From Macrostomum hystrix (Eukaryota; Animalia; Platyhelminthes), in the NCBI GenBank assembly GCA_950097015.1, contig CATNEN010000025.1, forward strand, positions 6,944,001 to 7,008,000: a stretch of 64,000 nt of DNA. Direction: 5' to 3'. This document shows positions 1 through 13,005 of the stretch, one piece after another. Each line of letters opens with the position of its first letter. Position 1 is the stretch's first letter. The position numbers and the translations under genes are program-made. Under the pieces are notes generated by a model. That model was given only the letters and a program-made list of their open reading frames with translations. It ran no database searches and was not told the DNA's origin.

Positions 1-127
1 GGACTGGGCCGCATTGCTTAAAATCTGGACTCAGCCTGATGGGAAAGTCAATTTAAATAATTGCCAATCATTGGTGCTCGATACTGGCCTAGCCTAAGTC
101 AAGCTTTCATGAAGGTAGAATCCCCAT

Positions 128-180
128 CTGTGTGTGTGTACCTGTGTGTGTGTACCTGTGTGTGTGTACCTGTGTGTGTG
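128..180. repeat. (TG)n/TACC compound microsatellite, 14-bp period
   Basis: tgtgtgtgtgtacc repeated. Confidence 0.9.
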
Positions 181-3082
181 CGCGCGGACAACTCCGCTTA
201 TTAACCGTGGTCTCACAAATTTCTAGGGTTCCGCTTGGGTCTGCTTCTGCTGCAACTGTTTAATCTGCACTCAAAGATACGCATCCGGCCCCACCCCGCT
301 GATCCCCTCAGCGACCCTCTCGGAGTCATTCTTGAACAAACAGCGCGCCATGATTCTGCCATGGGATCTGGGGGTTGGGGAAGTTGACATTATATTATCA
401 GCATTGGCCAGCGATGGCCCACTCAGGGGGCTCCGGTAATATCTATGGCAAACAGAACCACCTTTGCAAGACTTTGCTTGCCCCAACCCACACTGAGCGA
501 GAATTGAATTGGGGACTGTTCTTTGGCGATCAATCATGGATCGCTTCTGCTGTTAATGGCACATGCCAGTTAAACATGACAAATTGCTATAAACGATAAG
601 CACTTGACTCGAACCTCCTCATAACTGACAGGGGATAAGATAAGTCTATGTTTTGATTACGGCTTGCAAAACAATTTGACAATTCGACAATTTGACAATG
701 CCAATGAGGTTAGTCTATGCCAAGTTCCTCGTTTGAGTCTGGCATAATGCTCAAGCATAACGTTGCTCAAATCTTCGCCCATGAGCCTTTCCATAAATCG
801 CCTCGTGCTTCTCAGTGCCACCCATTCCTCCCCCCCCATGGGATGCGAGAAAATTAGAAAGTATAAGAGAGAAGAAAGTGTCAGAGAGAGTGAGCACGTC
901 AAGTGACATTGAAGTGCTCAGTGCACATTGAGCCCACTGACTTGGGACCGCCGACTTGGGCTAAAAAAAGCTGGAAGAATGAAATCCAGAATAAGCGAAA
1001 GATGAAACGGGTCCGAAATTAACGAGTGTTGGCTCTATCTTTACTTGGCCGTGGTTCCACCCAGAACTCTGAATCAATCAGAGTCCTTCTTCATGACCTG
1101 TCAAGCCTTGAAAAATCGACTTCTCAACTTTGCGGCGAGAGCGTCGCAAGTCGAAAGAAATTCAAGAAAATTTGATTTCCTTCGGACTCACATGATTGAG
1201 CTGTTGAGCAAGATTTGTTTGACTATAGACTATAGATGCAAGTGCATTGCTCACCATTCTAGCATTATAAGACTGCTCAAAAAAACGAAAAACCCTCTTC
1301 ATTAAACGGGTAGTCGGGGACCTCACCGGAAACAGTAGCTAAAGTTTGAGTAATGTTTGAGTAAAGCAAGAAAAAAAGCAATTCCGGAAACTGGATGCAC
1401 CAAGCTACAGTGGAGATGTCTAACTGTTCCACCCGTGCCCTGCTGCAAACAAAGCCACCTTGCGCGATCAATAAAACATTAACAAAAAGTCTTGCCATGA
1501 GCTCACCTGCAACAGCCACTAGCAGCATTGGCAGCATGCAGTTCCGCATGTCTCGGACTATTATAGACTGTGAACTTGCAAGATCTATCAGGTCGCTTAG
1601 CCGATTCCCTAACTAGTTTCTCAGTTAATGCGTCAGAGAGAGAGACTGGCAGAGCGCTCGATTCCTCCGTGCGGGATCCGAGCTTTGCGCTCCGCTGGCG
1701 GTTAATATAGCAGCCGATCGTGACTGTCGCCCCGCCCCACTCCGTGTCTCTCCGTTGCCCCAGTCTCAGCGTCCTGAGTGGGCGTGGACCAACACGCGGG
1801 GGCTAACTAAGCGTAGGCCGAAGTCATTGGCATTGTCGCCTTGTGCTGATTCGCTGCTCTCTCTACTTCTGCTGCAGCCACCACCCCCAGCGTAGCCGCC
1901 AACTCTCTGAAGATCTTTTTCAGCGAGACCACCTACCTCCGACCGTCTTGTTTAAGAAGAAATCTTCAATCAACCATCGTTCAAATTATTCAAACGAAGT
2001 GGCTGTTTGATCCGCTACGCATAGCTTTTCAGTCCATGGACAGGGGGACATGTCCATGTCGATGAGTGCCGATTATCGATAGGTTGAAGCGCTCATATAC
2101 TCGTATTCCAATGCTGCCTTCTGATCTATCATTGCGCATCGCATCTCAGTGTGTTAACTCCAGCGCCGGTTCATATTCTAGAGGAAATAGATTATCTGAG
2201 AAAAAACTTCGTCCTTTTTGGTTAATGCGAGTTAGGATAGAAGCATGGACAGGCAAGCCATATTAGACTCGGATGCATTTTTTTTTCTCGCTAGATCAAT
2301 CCGTCAGTTGGATGCTGCCATTATTACTGCAAAGCCTGCAGGTTTTTCACAGCATACCTGCCAATTTAGATACTAACAATGCAATTGATATCCCCATTCG
2401 GAACTGAAAGGAGTTACTGTTTTAGTAAAAACTTGTGCCAACACATAAAAGCTGTGAAATATGCCAGCAGCCCCTTGGTGATTACTTTGCACGAGAAGAG
2501 GATCCATTAATGCTTGCCATTGCTGGGGGGCAACCGTTTCCTCTCGTTTAATCCGGACTAAAATGATCGGCTAACAGCATAACAAACAATGCAGCATTGT
2601 GGACCAACCGATCGCCCACCCCAGCTTTCCTGGCTCTATCTATCTATCAGCTGCCTTCCATATAGCTAGTTCCGGTGAGCCCTGCTGGGCGGGGGGCTCT
2701 ATTTTGTGAGTTTTTGGTCACAAGGATGATGGCAAACAAGTTTCGCATAGGTAGTTGGGGCGGGATTGTATAGAAGTGTTCTGGTGTATTGCACTCTCTC
2801 CTCATCCTTATAATCCCATTCTCACTGTGAGCACTCAATGTATTGGGTGATGGATGATAGCCAGCCCAAGTCATGTCTTCTGCAGTCACAGACCAGTTCG
2901 GAGCTCTCACTCAAGCATTTGCAGACTGTATCCATATATACTCTGCTTTTATTTGATCCGTTCACATTCAGATTCTACTAGCGGGCCAAAGTATGCGTGT
3001 ATGGCTTTACAATTAGAGCCTGTCTGTTGGTAGTCGTCAAGCAGCAGGGAATGCGAGATTAACTCGACCGTCCGTCAGTCTA

Positions 3083-4428
3083 CGAGGTGCATTCAAAAAG
3101 TTCTTTTCGGTCCTTTGGCATTGTTTTGTAAATGACACACAGATCAAAATTTTTTCGAATGCTGCAAGTTAAGTTTATGGCCTAAACCTTCCTGAGTTTT
3201 TAAGCCTTAGCTGGTGACTGTGTCTGAGCTACAAGCAATTTTTTAAGCTACCCTTCTATTTCTTGGCCATGGCAGAATCTTTTTCAAAGCAAGACGTTCG
3301 GAGCTTGATGAAGTTCCAATTCCTGCAAGGAAAGAAACCTCCGGAGATGTTTAGAGAGCTTCAGCAAGTGTTTGGTGACAGTGCACCAACTGAACAGACT
3401 GTTCGAAAGTGGTTCCGGTTGTTCGCTGAAGGCAGAGAGAGCGTCGAGGACAACGAACGCTCTGGAAGACCGATGACTGCCACCAACGAGACCGTGGTGA
3501 AGAAAGTGCAGGAGCTCCTGGATGATGATCGCAGACTGACTTGCGAAGAGCTGTCAGAAGATGTCGGAGTGTCAGTTGGCAGTGTGCACACCATTCTGAC
3601 AGAGCGTCTCAACCTGCAGAAGAAATTCAGCAAGTGGGTGCCACACCTGCTGACAGGTGAGCAGACGATGCAACGTGCTCTGGCCGCCACCAACCACCTG
3701 CGCCGTTTCCAGCGAGAAGGAGAGAATTTTCTTTCGAGAATCGTTGCCGGAGATGAAACATGGGTTTATAGCTGGGATCCGGAGACAAAGGCCCAGTCTG
3801 CTGAATGGCTTCCAGCCGATTCTCCAAGGCCTCAGAAGGCCATCAGGAAGCAGGGTGCATTGAAGATCATGCACGTCATGTTTTTTGATGTCCAGGGAAT
3901 TCTGCTGAACTGGGCAGTCCCACATGGAACAACTGTGAATGGGGACTATTATAGATGGATTCTGCAAGAGAAGCTGCGCCCGGCGATTCGAAAGAAGCGC
4001 CCTGGTTTGCTGGAGTCTGGTGTGATCTTGCTGCATGACAATGCGCCGGCTCATCGCAAGCACAATGTTGTCGAACTCCTGAGCGGTTGGGGCTGGGAAG
4101 TGCTGCAACATCCGCCCTACTCGCCCGATTTGTCACCCTGTGACTTCTTCCTATTCCCATCTGTGAAGAAGCACCTTCGGGGCATTCGATTCGACAGCGT
4201 CGAGCACATCAAAGCTGCTTGCCAAGGTGCGGTGCGTGAAACGGACGCGAGAGGCGTGGGTACTGGAATCAGAGGTCTGGTGCATCGCTGGCAGAAGTGC
4301 AAGGACATTGGCGGTGAATATGTTGAGTGACCGAATGACATTGAATGACCTAAACATGTTTTCATTGTTCCATACGTTTTTTGTTAATTTTTGCTGAGCA
4401 CCGAAAAGAACTTTTTGAATGCACCTCG
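3083..4428 (+). mobile_element. Full-length mariner (Tc1/mariner, DD34D) DNA transposon
   Basis: Perfect 29-bp TIRs: CGAGGTGCATTCAAAAAGTTCTTTTCGGT at 3083-3111, with its reverse complement at 4400-4428. TA target duplication at 3081-3082 and 4429-4430. Single transposase ORF inside. Confidence 0.97.
3269..4330 (+). CDS. Mariner transposase, intact
   Basis: ATG at 3269. N-terminal HTH region, WVPHLL (WVPHEL-like) and YSPDL motifs. Catalytic triad GDETW / HDNA / SPCD, with 34 residues between the 2nd and 3rd Asp. No stops or frameshifts. Confidence 0.97.
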   Translation: MAESFSKQDVRSLMKFQFLQGKKPPEMFRELQQVFGDSAPTEQTVRKWFRLFAEGRESVEDNERSGRPMTATNETVVKKVQELLDDDRRLTCEELSEDVGVSVGSVHTILTERLNLQKKFSKWVPHLLTGEQTMQRALAATNHLRRFQREGENFLSRIVAGDETWVYSWDPETKAQSAEWLPADSPRPQKAIRKQGALKIMHVMFFDVQGILLNWAVPHGTTVNGDYYRWILQEKLRPAIRKKRPGLLESGVILLHDNAPAHRKHNVVELLSGWGWEVLQHPPYSPDLSPCDFFLFPSVKKHLRGIRFDSVEHIKAACQGAVRETDARGVGTGIRGLVHRWQKCKDIGGEYVE

Positions 4429-4756
4429 TATTTAGACACTTTGTTGCCCCCCGAGTCCACAGCAGTCTGGAGTGTGGCAGCTTCCCGTCCTGCTTCCAAG
4501 CCCATAGTTTGGTGATGGTTTTGTTGCCCCTGACAACGGGAGGTATGGACACAGTGACAAGCGAGGTGATAACTAAGTGCGTCCGCTCTAAAAACGAAAA
4601 ATAGCCAGTGGGTTAAAATAGAGTCTGGCTGGCCTGAGTTTAATTTTTCTAATGCTTCATTTTTTGTACTACATTATTATTAGGAGTACACTATGCTTAA
4701 TTAATTGCATGGCACATAATTTGGCATAATTTAGCGACAGTCGACCCGCAGCAAGC

Positions 4757-4870
4757 GAGCACACGCTCACGCAGGTGTGTACATTTGCCCAGACTTTCTC
4801 ATCGTCAGGCGGTGTACACACTCCCTGTGCCTTTGCATGGAGGTTGGTCCTTTGGGCGAAAATTGCGTCA
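4757..4870 (-). mobile_element. SINE family A fragment
   Basis: Reverse complement matches the body of the copy at ~31165-31270 (gcaattt..gccc..ccaacctcc..aaggcac..gtgtacac..gacgatgagaaagtc..tgtacacacctg). Confidence 0.75.
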
Positions 4871-4979
4871 GTTTAATGTACATCAGCCTTCGGCAAACAG
4901 GACAAGGGTTGGAAAACTTGGACGAAGAGAACCTAAAAGACGACAGCGGGCCCCATTAACTGTAGGAATATGATAAAGG

Positions 4980-5725
4980 GGAGAGATGAGGTAGAGATGA
5001 GACACAGGAGAGATGAGACACAGGAGAGATGAGACACAGGAGAGATGAGACACAGGAGAGATGAGACACAGGAGAGATGAGACACAGGAGAGATGAGACA
5101 CAGGAGAGATGAGACACAGGAGAGATGAGACACAGGAGAGATGAGACACAGGAGAGATGAGACACAGGGGAGATGAGACACAGGAGAGATGAGACACAGG
5201 AGAGATGAGACACAGGAGAGATGAGACACAGGAGAGATGAGACACAGGAGAGATGAGACACAGGAGAGATGAGACACAGGAGAGATGAGACACAGGAGAG
5301 ATGAGACACAGGAGAGATGAGACACAGGAGAGATGAGACACAGGAGAGATGAGACACAGGAGAGATGAGACACAGGAGAGATGAGACACAGGAGAGATGA
5401 GACACAGGAGAGATGAGACACAGGAGAGATGAGACACAGGAGAGATGAGACACAGGAGAGATGAGACACAGGAGAGATGAGACACAGGAGAGATGAGACA
5501 CAGGAGAGATGAGACACAGGAGAGATGAGACACAGGAGAGATGAGACACAGGAGAGATGAGACACAGGAGAGATGAGACACAGGAGAGATGAGACACAGG
5601 AGAGATGAGACACAGGAGAGATGAGACACAGGAGAGATGAGACACAGGAGAGATGAGACACAGGAGAGATGAGACACAGGAGAGATGAGACTCTCCATCG
5701 CCAGATGAGAGAGAGATGAGACAAG
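4980..5725. repeat. 16-bp minisatellite GGAGAGATGAGACACA
   Basis: ~45 nearly identical units. Confidence 0.97.
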
Positions 5726-7589
5726 GGAAAGATGGGACATGATACTGTAGGTGTTTGAAGGGGCACGGAGCCGGATTTGGGAGCTTCGAGGGCCGCATCT
5801 GGTAAAAAACAGTCAGGCCTGTTAGATTGCCGGCCGGAAAGGCCGTTAAAAAAGATAATAGCGAGTTCTTCCATCCTAACCTAGTTTAACTCTCGACTCT
5901 GGAATTGATAAAAAGGCAAAGGCCGGTCAGAATCAATACTCCAGAATCTGAGCTGAGCTCCAGAACAAAAGGCGGTGGCGCTTGAACACGAAAGCCACTC
6001 GATTGCTTAATTGATGGATTGAGATCGGTGAGTGGAACCCGCCGCATGGTTTGGAATTGCTTAACCCTTTCTTCTACCGCTGCTTCCTTCCATCTCCGAC
6101 CTCGCTCATCGATGCCCTGCTCAAGAGCACATCCGCACGGGCCAGGAAATTGGATTTGCAGGACCAGCGACGCTCGGCCCTCAACAGGTACCTATTGTTT
6201 CGGCCTTTTCAATCCGGAAGCTAGCGGAGACCAAGGTTGATTGCTCGATTTATTTATAGCTTTTTAATGACGACCGCCGACTGGATAGATTGCTCTTATA
6301 TCGGCGCACGAACCAGCAGCACACGTATGCGAAACCCTGCAGGGCCTATCGACGTCGGCGAAAACATTAGACAGTCCAACGACAGCGAGAGATTTCAGTA
6401 CTCGCCCGGCTCCCAGAGATGATGGAGGTCTGAGATTTCCCCATGCTGTCGAAGAGAAAACGCCTCGTTCGGTGATCCCCAAACAGCATCCTGAGCAGCA
6501 TGCTCACGCGCTTCGTCAAAATGCGAACTCCATGCTGCTCGGGAATAAAAATCGAAACGCGACACGAAGAGTTTAGCCGGTGTTGCAGTAAAACCGGCTT
6601 GACTTTTTCAAAGCACTTTCCTTCACGCAATGGGATACTTACATGTACTATACCTGCGATTGGGACCTTTGCTTCCTGGGTTATGTATTAAGACACAATA
6701 AGTAAAGCAATCAACCTAACTTCGGTCACATCTCGTGATTTGTCATATAAAGTCAAAATGAGCTTCATCTAGAACTGCAGGTAGACACTGTACGTTGACA
6801 CAAATTATAAAAGAAAAATCGGAATCGCAGGCAATCTGATGTCTGCATTACTGCATGCAGTTATAGCTTAGAATGATAGGCACTCGTACAGAAATAGAGC
6901 ATCTGCGACTTTATTATTATCATATAATGTTGATTATAACTAAACTCAGCATCAGGGTTATCTTAAATTAGCGTCTGCTTGCTAATGCGACTTACAGATG
7001 CTGCATTTAAAATACGAGCCACGAAATTTACATCTATTACTATTCATGCAGCTTTTTGCAGCAGATGGTACTGTAAAGTAGAAGTAAAAAGTTTTTTTTT
7101 ACGATTTCATATTTAAGCGTTTGTACATACAAAAAGGAACAAAATTGGTAGCAAAATTCCTTCCGATTAGTAAAATACATGTAGGTGGCGGTATAGTCTT
7201 ATTTGTTTGCCACAAGTTTGCCACAATAATCTACTATAGTGCATATAGTGTAGAAAGTCGGTCAATTTGTTATTTTTCAATAAATTTGTGGATTTAAAAA
7301 TATTTTACATTCCTATATTCCAATCTTCCTTTATGTGTTGCATGCAAAAAAACGGTTTCCATCCTTTATTCACTCTAAACTTTAAATTTTAGAAATGCAC
7401 TGGTTCTTGGCAAGGAGAAACATTTTTAACTCTAATTTCCTTGCTCTTTTTGGTTAATATGCTTGCATCAACTTAATTAATTACAGTCAAATCTGTGGTT
7501 CGATTGATATTGACAAAAATCCTTTAAACTTACTAGTTACTCTAGCGTATTCGGGGAAAGTGTTTTAGCAGAGCTAGGATCACCAAAAG

Positions 7590-8085
7590 TTAGCTGAATC
7601 ATGGCAAAACCAGAGTTTCAATCATGGCTAAACCAGAGTCTGAATCATGGCAAAACCATTATCATCAGCATGGCTAAACTAGAGTTTGAATCATGGCCAA
7701 CCAGAGTTTGAATCATGGCTAAACCAGAGTTTGAATCATGGCTAAACCAACATCATCAGCATGGCTAAACCAGAGTTTCAATCATGGCTAAACCAGAGTC
7801 TGAATCATGGCAAAACCATTATCATCAGCATGGCTAACCTAGAGTTTGAATCATGGCCAACCAGAGTTTGAATCATGGCTAAACCAGAGTTTGAATCATG
7901 GCTAAACCAACATCATCAGCATGGCTAAACCAGCGTTTGAATCATGGCTAAACCAGAGTTTGAATCATGGCTAAACCAGCGTTTGAATCATGGCTTACCC
8001 AGAGTTTGAATCCTGGCAAAATCAGAGTTTTAATCATGACTAAACCAGATTTTGAATCATGGTTAAACCAGCGTTTGAATCAATT
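7590..8085. repeat. ~23-bp minisatellite ATCATGGCTAAACCAGAGTTTGA
   Basis: Tandem units with a 160-bp higher-order duplication (7641/7801). Confidence 0.95.
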
Positions 8086-8433
8086 TTATTTTCAAGTTGA
8101 CTAAATTAAACAGATTTATATTTATTGAACTTTTTTATTACAAAATCTTCATTAAATTTTATACAGATCATCTTGCTATGTAGTTAACGCATAGATTTTT
8201 GCCTATATTTATCAATCTGTTTTGGTATACTCACAGAACAGTGGAATGGACAGAATTGCCACCTTGCTTACTGGACTGCATCTAATGTAAAAATATACCC
8301 TGCAAAAAATATTTTTTACTTGTCTTTTGTACTTCCATTTTTTTGTTTTTAATTCGCTTCATATTTCAAAATAGCTCCCCATAATTAGCTAGATAGTGAA
8401 AAAAAGCTTTTTTACAAAAATACAAACTTCCAG

Positions 8434-11400
8434 GATATCTCGCTGCACACGGTGAAGGCCATTCTCATCCTTGACAATGATGGGAAGCGGCTAATAGCCA
8501 AGTATTACAGCTCGGATGCCTTTCCCTCAGTGAAAGAGCAGCGCGTGTTTGAGTCCAGCCTGTTTGGCAAGACTTCAAAGAATCTGTCAGCCGAAATTGT
8601 CATGTTCGAGGGCTACACCTGCGTTTTCAAAAGCAACGTTGATCTAATCTTCTATGTGATTGGCGACGCTGTTGAGAATGAACTCATCCTGTCCAACACT
8701 CTCAACACGCTATACGACGCAGTGTCTCAGATTCTAAAAAAGAATGTGGAAAAGCGGGCCTTATTGGACAGCTTGGATCTGGTGTTCCTGGCCATCGATG
8801 AACTGTGCGACAGTGGCATTGTGCTGGAGACTGACAGCGCTCAGCTTGTATCTCGGGTCGGTTCCCGGCTTGAAGACAATGCCCAGTTGGAGGGTTCCGT
8901 CACACAGGTCAGTATGTAACCGGCCTCATTTCTGATTGGTTCCTGTATCTCAGTGTGAAACAGGCCTTATTTCTGATTGGTTCCTGTATGTCAGTGTGAA
9001 ACAGGCCTCATTTCTGATTGGTTCCTGTATGTCAGTGTGGAACAGGTCTCATTTCTGATTGGTTCCTGTATCTCAGTGTGAAACAGGCCTTATTTCTGAT
9101 TGGTTCCTGTATCTCAGTGTGAAACAGGCCTTATTTCTGATTGGTTCCTGTATGTCAGTGTGAAACAGACCTTATTTCTGATTGGTTACTGTATCTCAGC
9201 GTGAAACAGGCCTTATTTCTGATTGGTTCCTGTATGTCAGTGTGGAACAGACCTCGTTTCTGATTGGTTCCTGTATGTCAGTGTGGAACATGGTTTCTGT
9301 ATGTATTTTTTGTTAAAAAGTTTTTTTACAATGTCAGACTGTTAGGTCATGCAGTTTTGCACAATGTCCGGCTGTCGGGTCATGCAGTTTGGCACAATGT
9401 CAGACTGTTGGGTCATGCAGTTTGGCACAATGTCAGACTGTTGGGTCATGCAGTTTGGCACAATGTCAGACTGTTGGGTCATGCAGTTTGGCACAATGTC
9501 AGACTGTTGGGTCATGCAGTTTGGCACAATGTCAGACTGTTGGGTCATGCAGTTTTGCCCAATGTCAGGCTGTTAGGTAATATAGTTTTGCAGAGTACAT
9601 AGTTTATGCTGCATCATTTGACTTTTTAAAGTAAAAAATGGCAGGATTCGTGTGATTTTATTCACATATTTTATTATAATTTTTTTGTAGCAAGTGACCC
9701 AGAAGCTGCAAGTAAGTATAATGCGAAATTATCTAAACTATTATATTCTGATCAATATGTAATCAGAATATCGAATCTGAACTATATTTTGTTGCCGAAT
9801 TATTGTCCATCACGTTAAATACCAGTATCTGCTGTGATGAAAAACGTTTTAACATATTCTATAAAAATGTAATAGTTTATCTAAGGCAACGTTAGTTGGT
9901 GCGGGTCTGTGCTATAGTCTAGATTTTGAACCGTTAAAATCATTTGAAATTAATTTGACACTACTTAAAGTAAAATGATTGAATCGCGTGAATAAAAATC
10001 GTAGTAATCAGATAAATCTATCGTTCTCATTTTTATTATCGTTTCCATTCTCTTGTTGCCATTTGTATTTATCTCTGTCCCTCTTATAGACAGATTCTGT
10101 GTGTGCAGCACACTTCGTAATGTCACAAAATAGTATTCTAAAATACTTGTTATTGTAAAGAACATTATTCAGTTAAGTAATATTGCTACTGGGTGAAGAC
10201 TGGCAACCCCAGGATCAGCTAGTGGGTGAAGACTGGCAACCCCAGGATCAGCTAGTGGGTGAAGGCTTGCAACCCCAGGATCAGCTAGTGGGTGAAGACT
10301 GGCAACCCCAGGATCAGCTAGTGGGTGAGGGCTGGCAACCCCAGGATCAGCAAGTGGGTGAGGACTGGCAACCCCAGGATCAGCTAGTGGGTGAGGGCTG
10401 GCAACCCCAGGATCAGCTAGTGGGTGACGGCTGGCAACCCCAGGATCAGCTAGTGGGTGAAGACTGGCAACCCCAGGATCAGCTAGTGGGTGAGGGCTGG
10501 CAACCCCAGGATCAGCTAGTGGGTGAAGACTGGCAACCCCAGGATCAGCTAGTGGGTGAAGACTGGCAACCCAAGGATCAGCTAGTGGGTGAAGGCTTGC
10601 AACCCCAGGATCAGCTAGTGGGTGAAGACTGGCAACCCCAGGATCAGCTAGTGGGTGAGGGCTGGCAACCCCAGGATCAGCAAGTGGGTGAGGACTGGCA
10701 ACCCCAGGATCAGCTAGTGGGTGAGGGCTGGCAACCCCAGGATCAGCTAGTGGGTGAAGACTGGCAACCCCAGGATCAGCTAGTGGGTGAGGACTGGCAA
10801 CCCCAGGATCAGCTAGTGGGTGAGGGCTGGCAACCCCAGGATCAGCTAGTGGGTGAAGACTGGCAACCCCAGGATCAGCTAGTGGGTGAGGGCTGGCAAC
10901 CCAAGCTATCTGTTAATGAAGGGCCCAGCTAGTGGGTGAGGGCCTGCGACTGAAAAAAGTACTAGTCTATTTAACTTTGCACTCCAAAGCCTTTACAAAT
11001 AGTCTGTTATTCTCGCCTGTATCCTTGATATGTAATATCCGTGTCTCAATGCTCAAGCTGTTCTATGCGCTGTAACTCCTTCACTGTTGAAATTGTATTT
11101 ACCTTGGTTGTCTCATGAGCATCTTATAAGTTAATCACGCTCTCCTTTGTACCCTAATCCATTTTCCTCAGAAAATAGAACCATATACAGTCATAGATAA
11201 GTCATGTTTAAAAGCATTTCAGTGCTTCTGTTGGTTTTGTTTACCGCTTATGTTATTCGCATTTTTTACTTAAAACGCACACTCTCACCGCCATCCTACT
11301 AGCAGTAGCTAGATTGTTGGTGAAGTCAGTGCGATTGTTTTTAATTGAATTTGAATTATTAAATGATTTCACACACCTTGAAATCCCTGTTTTCAGGTGC

Positions 11401-11444
11401 TGCAACAGGCCAAAGAGCAGTTCAAATGGTCGCTTCTTAAATGA
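8434..11444 (+). CDS. COPZ1: Coatomer subunit zeta (COPI), 5' exon not located. Exons 8434-8907, optional microexon 9691-9711, 11397-11444
   Basis: cag|GAT...DISLHTVKAILILDNDGKRLIAKYY...SVTQ|gtcagt. Last exon tttcag|VLQQAKEQFKWSLLK*, matching the known COPZ C-terminus VLQSAKEQIKWSLLR. All junctions are phase 0. Confidence 0.95.
8908..9290. repeat. 41-bp intronic minisatellite
   Basis: ggcctcatttctgattggttcctgtatgtcagtgtgaaaca, starting at the COPZ donor. Confidence 0.95.
9328..9580. repeat. 33-bp intronic minisatellite
   Basis: caatgtcagactgttgggtcatgcagtttggca units. Confidence 0.95.
10185..10945. repeat. 33-bp intronic minisatellite
   Basis: ggcaaccccaggatcagctagtgggtgaagact, with a 330-bp higher-order period. 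Confidence 0.95.
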
Positions 11445-11749
11445 AGATGGACTAAATTCTAAGAACGAATACAGCTTCTTAACGATTGTTTTTTTAGTAT
11501 GGAAATATTGCTTCATTATTCGTGACATGACACTTTAAGGCTTGTTTGTGAAGGTTAGCACCCCCTGTTGTTGAATGTCTATCAAGAATTTTACTGATTA
11601 TATTAACCTTTTTATAATAAAAACTATTAAAAATGATTTCGTTCTTTGTCCATTTCTTCTCGTTCTAGTGAACATTTATTCTGATGGTGTTTGGTTCGAT
11701 GGTTTTATTTATAATTGTTATTATAGTTTAAGATCCCCGATTCGTTGAG

Positions 11750-12340
11750 TCCCGCTCATTGCAGTCCCCCTCAAATGGGGTCACGCTCATTGCAGTCCCT
11801 TTCAAATGGCGTCACGCTCATTGCAGTCCCCCTCAAATGAAGACATGCTCATTGCAGTCCCTTTCAAATGGCGTCACGCGCATTGCAGTCCCCCTCAAAT
11901 GGGGTCACGCTCATTGCAGTCCCCCTCAAATGGGGTCACGCTCATTGCAGTCCCCCTCAAATGGGGTCACGCTCATTGCAGTCCCCCTCAAATGGGGTCA
12001 CGCTCATTGCAGTCCCCCTCAAATGGGGTCACGCTCATTGCAGTCCCTCTCAAATGAAGACACGCTCATTGCAGTCCCTCTCAGATGGGGTCACGCTCAT
12101 TGCAGTCCCTCTCAGATGGGGTCACGCTCATTGCAGTCCCCCTCAAATTGGGTCACGCTCATTGCAGTCCCTCTCAGATGGGGTCACGCTCATTGCAGTC
12201 CCTCTCAGATGGGGTCACGCTCATTGCAGTCCCTCTCAGATGGGGTCACGCTCATTGCAGTCCCTCTCAGATGGGGTCACGCTCATTGCAGTCCCTCTCA
12301 GATGGGGTCACGCTCATTGCAGTCCGTCTCAGATGAGTCC
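11750..12340. repeat. 31-bp minisatellite
   Basis: cgctcattgcagtccccctcaaatggggtca units. Confidence 0.95.
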
Positions 12341-12809
12341 CCCTCTAAGAGCCCGCCTTGTTATACATCCTATCGTTATACATTTATGCACTATTTGCAA
12401 CTATTTGTAAACAATATACTTTCTGCTCTAGCGCAACTGTAGTGATGTGAATGCCAATAATTAGTCTATTAATCTATTCTTGGCAATTGTTTAGTATCCG
12501 GTCCGTTGTTACTACCATTTTGCTGCAGTACGCCTGACTCCTAATAAAAAAATATCTTTAGTTTTAATTGAGAATTTGGGAATAGGACCTTAGTTCTGTG
12601 ATCCCGTTCTCGCCTATTTACCGGCTTTGAATTTCCACTATGTTCTTTTTCTTGCCCAATTAGTCAACTGATTAATATAACAAATTTACTCACAATTTCA
12701 CAATAAATAATGTCGGAAAATATGACGAGTATGAAGAATAACAGGCAATTCCGTAAGTTATGATCAACTAAATATTGTGTAAATTTATGTTGCTTTGCAA
12801 ATCTTGCAC

Positions 12810-13005
12810 CGAACCGAATTCGGAGTACAATTCGGAATACAATTCGGAATCGAATTCGGAATACAATTCAGAATACAATTCGGAATCGAATTCGGAATAC
12901 AATTCAGAATCGAATTCGGAAAACAATTCGAAATCGTATTCGGAATACAATTCGGAATCGAATTCGGAATACAATTCAGAATCGAATTCGGAATACAATT
13001 CGAGA
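12810..13005. repeat. 12-bp minisatellite AATTCGGAAT(AC/CG)
   Basis: Direct tandem units. Confidence 0.9.

Noticed and set aside
271-1620. Short minus-strand ORFs with faint motifs (GISGVGP, HWHCQIV)
   Set aside because: Isolated motifs in different frames with no coherent domain; insufficient to call a gene or pseudogene without a search.
10183-10932. (GEDWQPQDQLV)n 249-aa ORF that looks like a repetitive protein
   Set aside because: No ATG and no flanking splice sites. It lies in the COPZ intron and is a 33-bp array whose period is simply divisible by 3.
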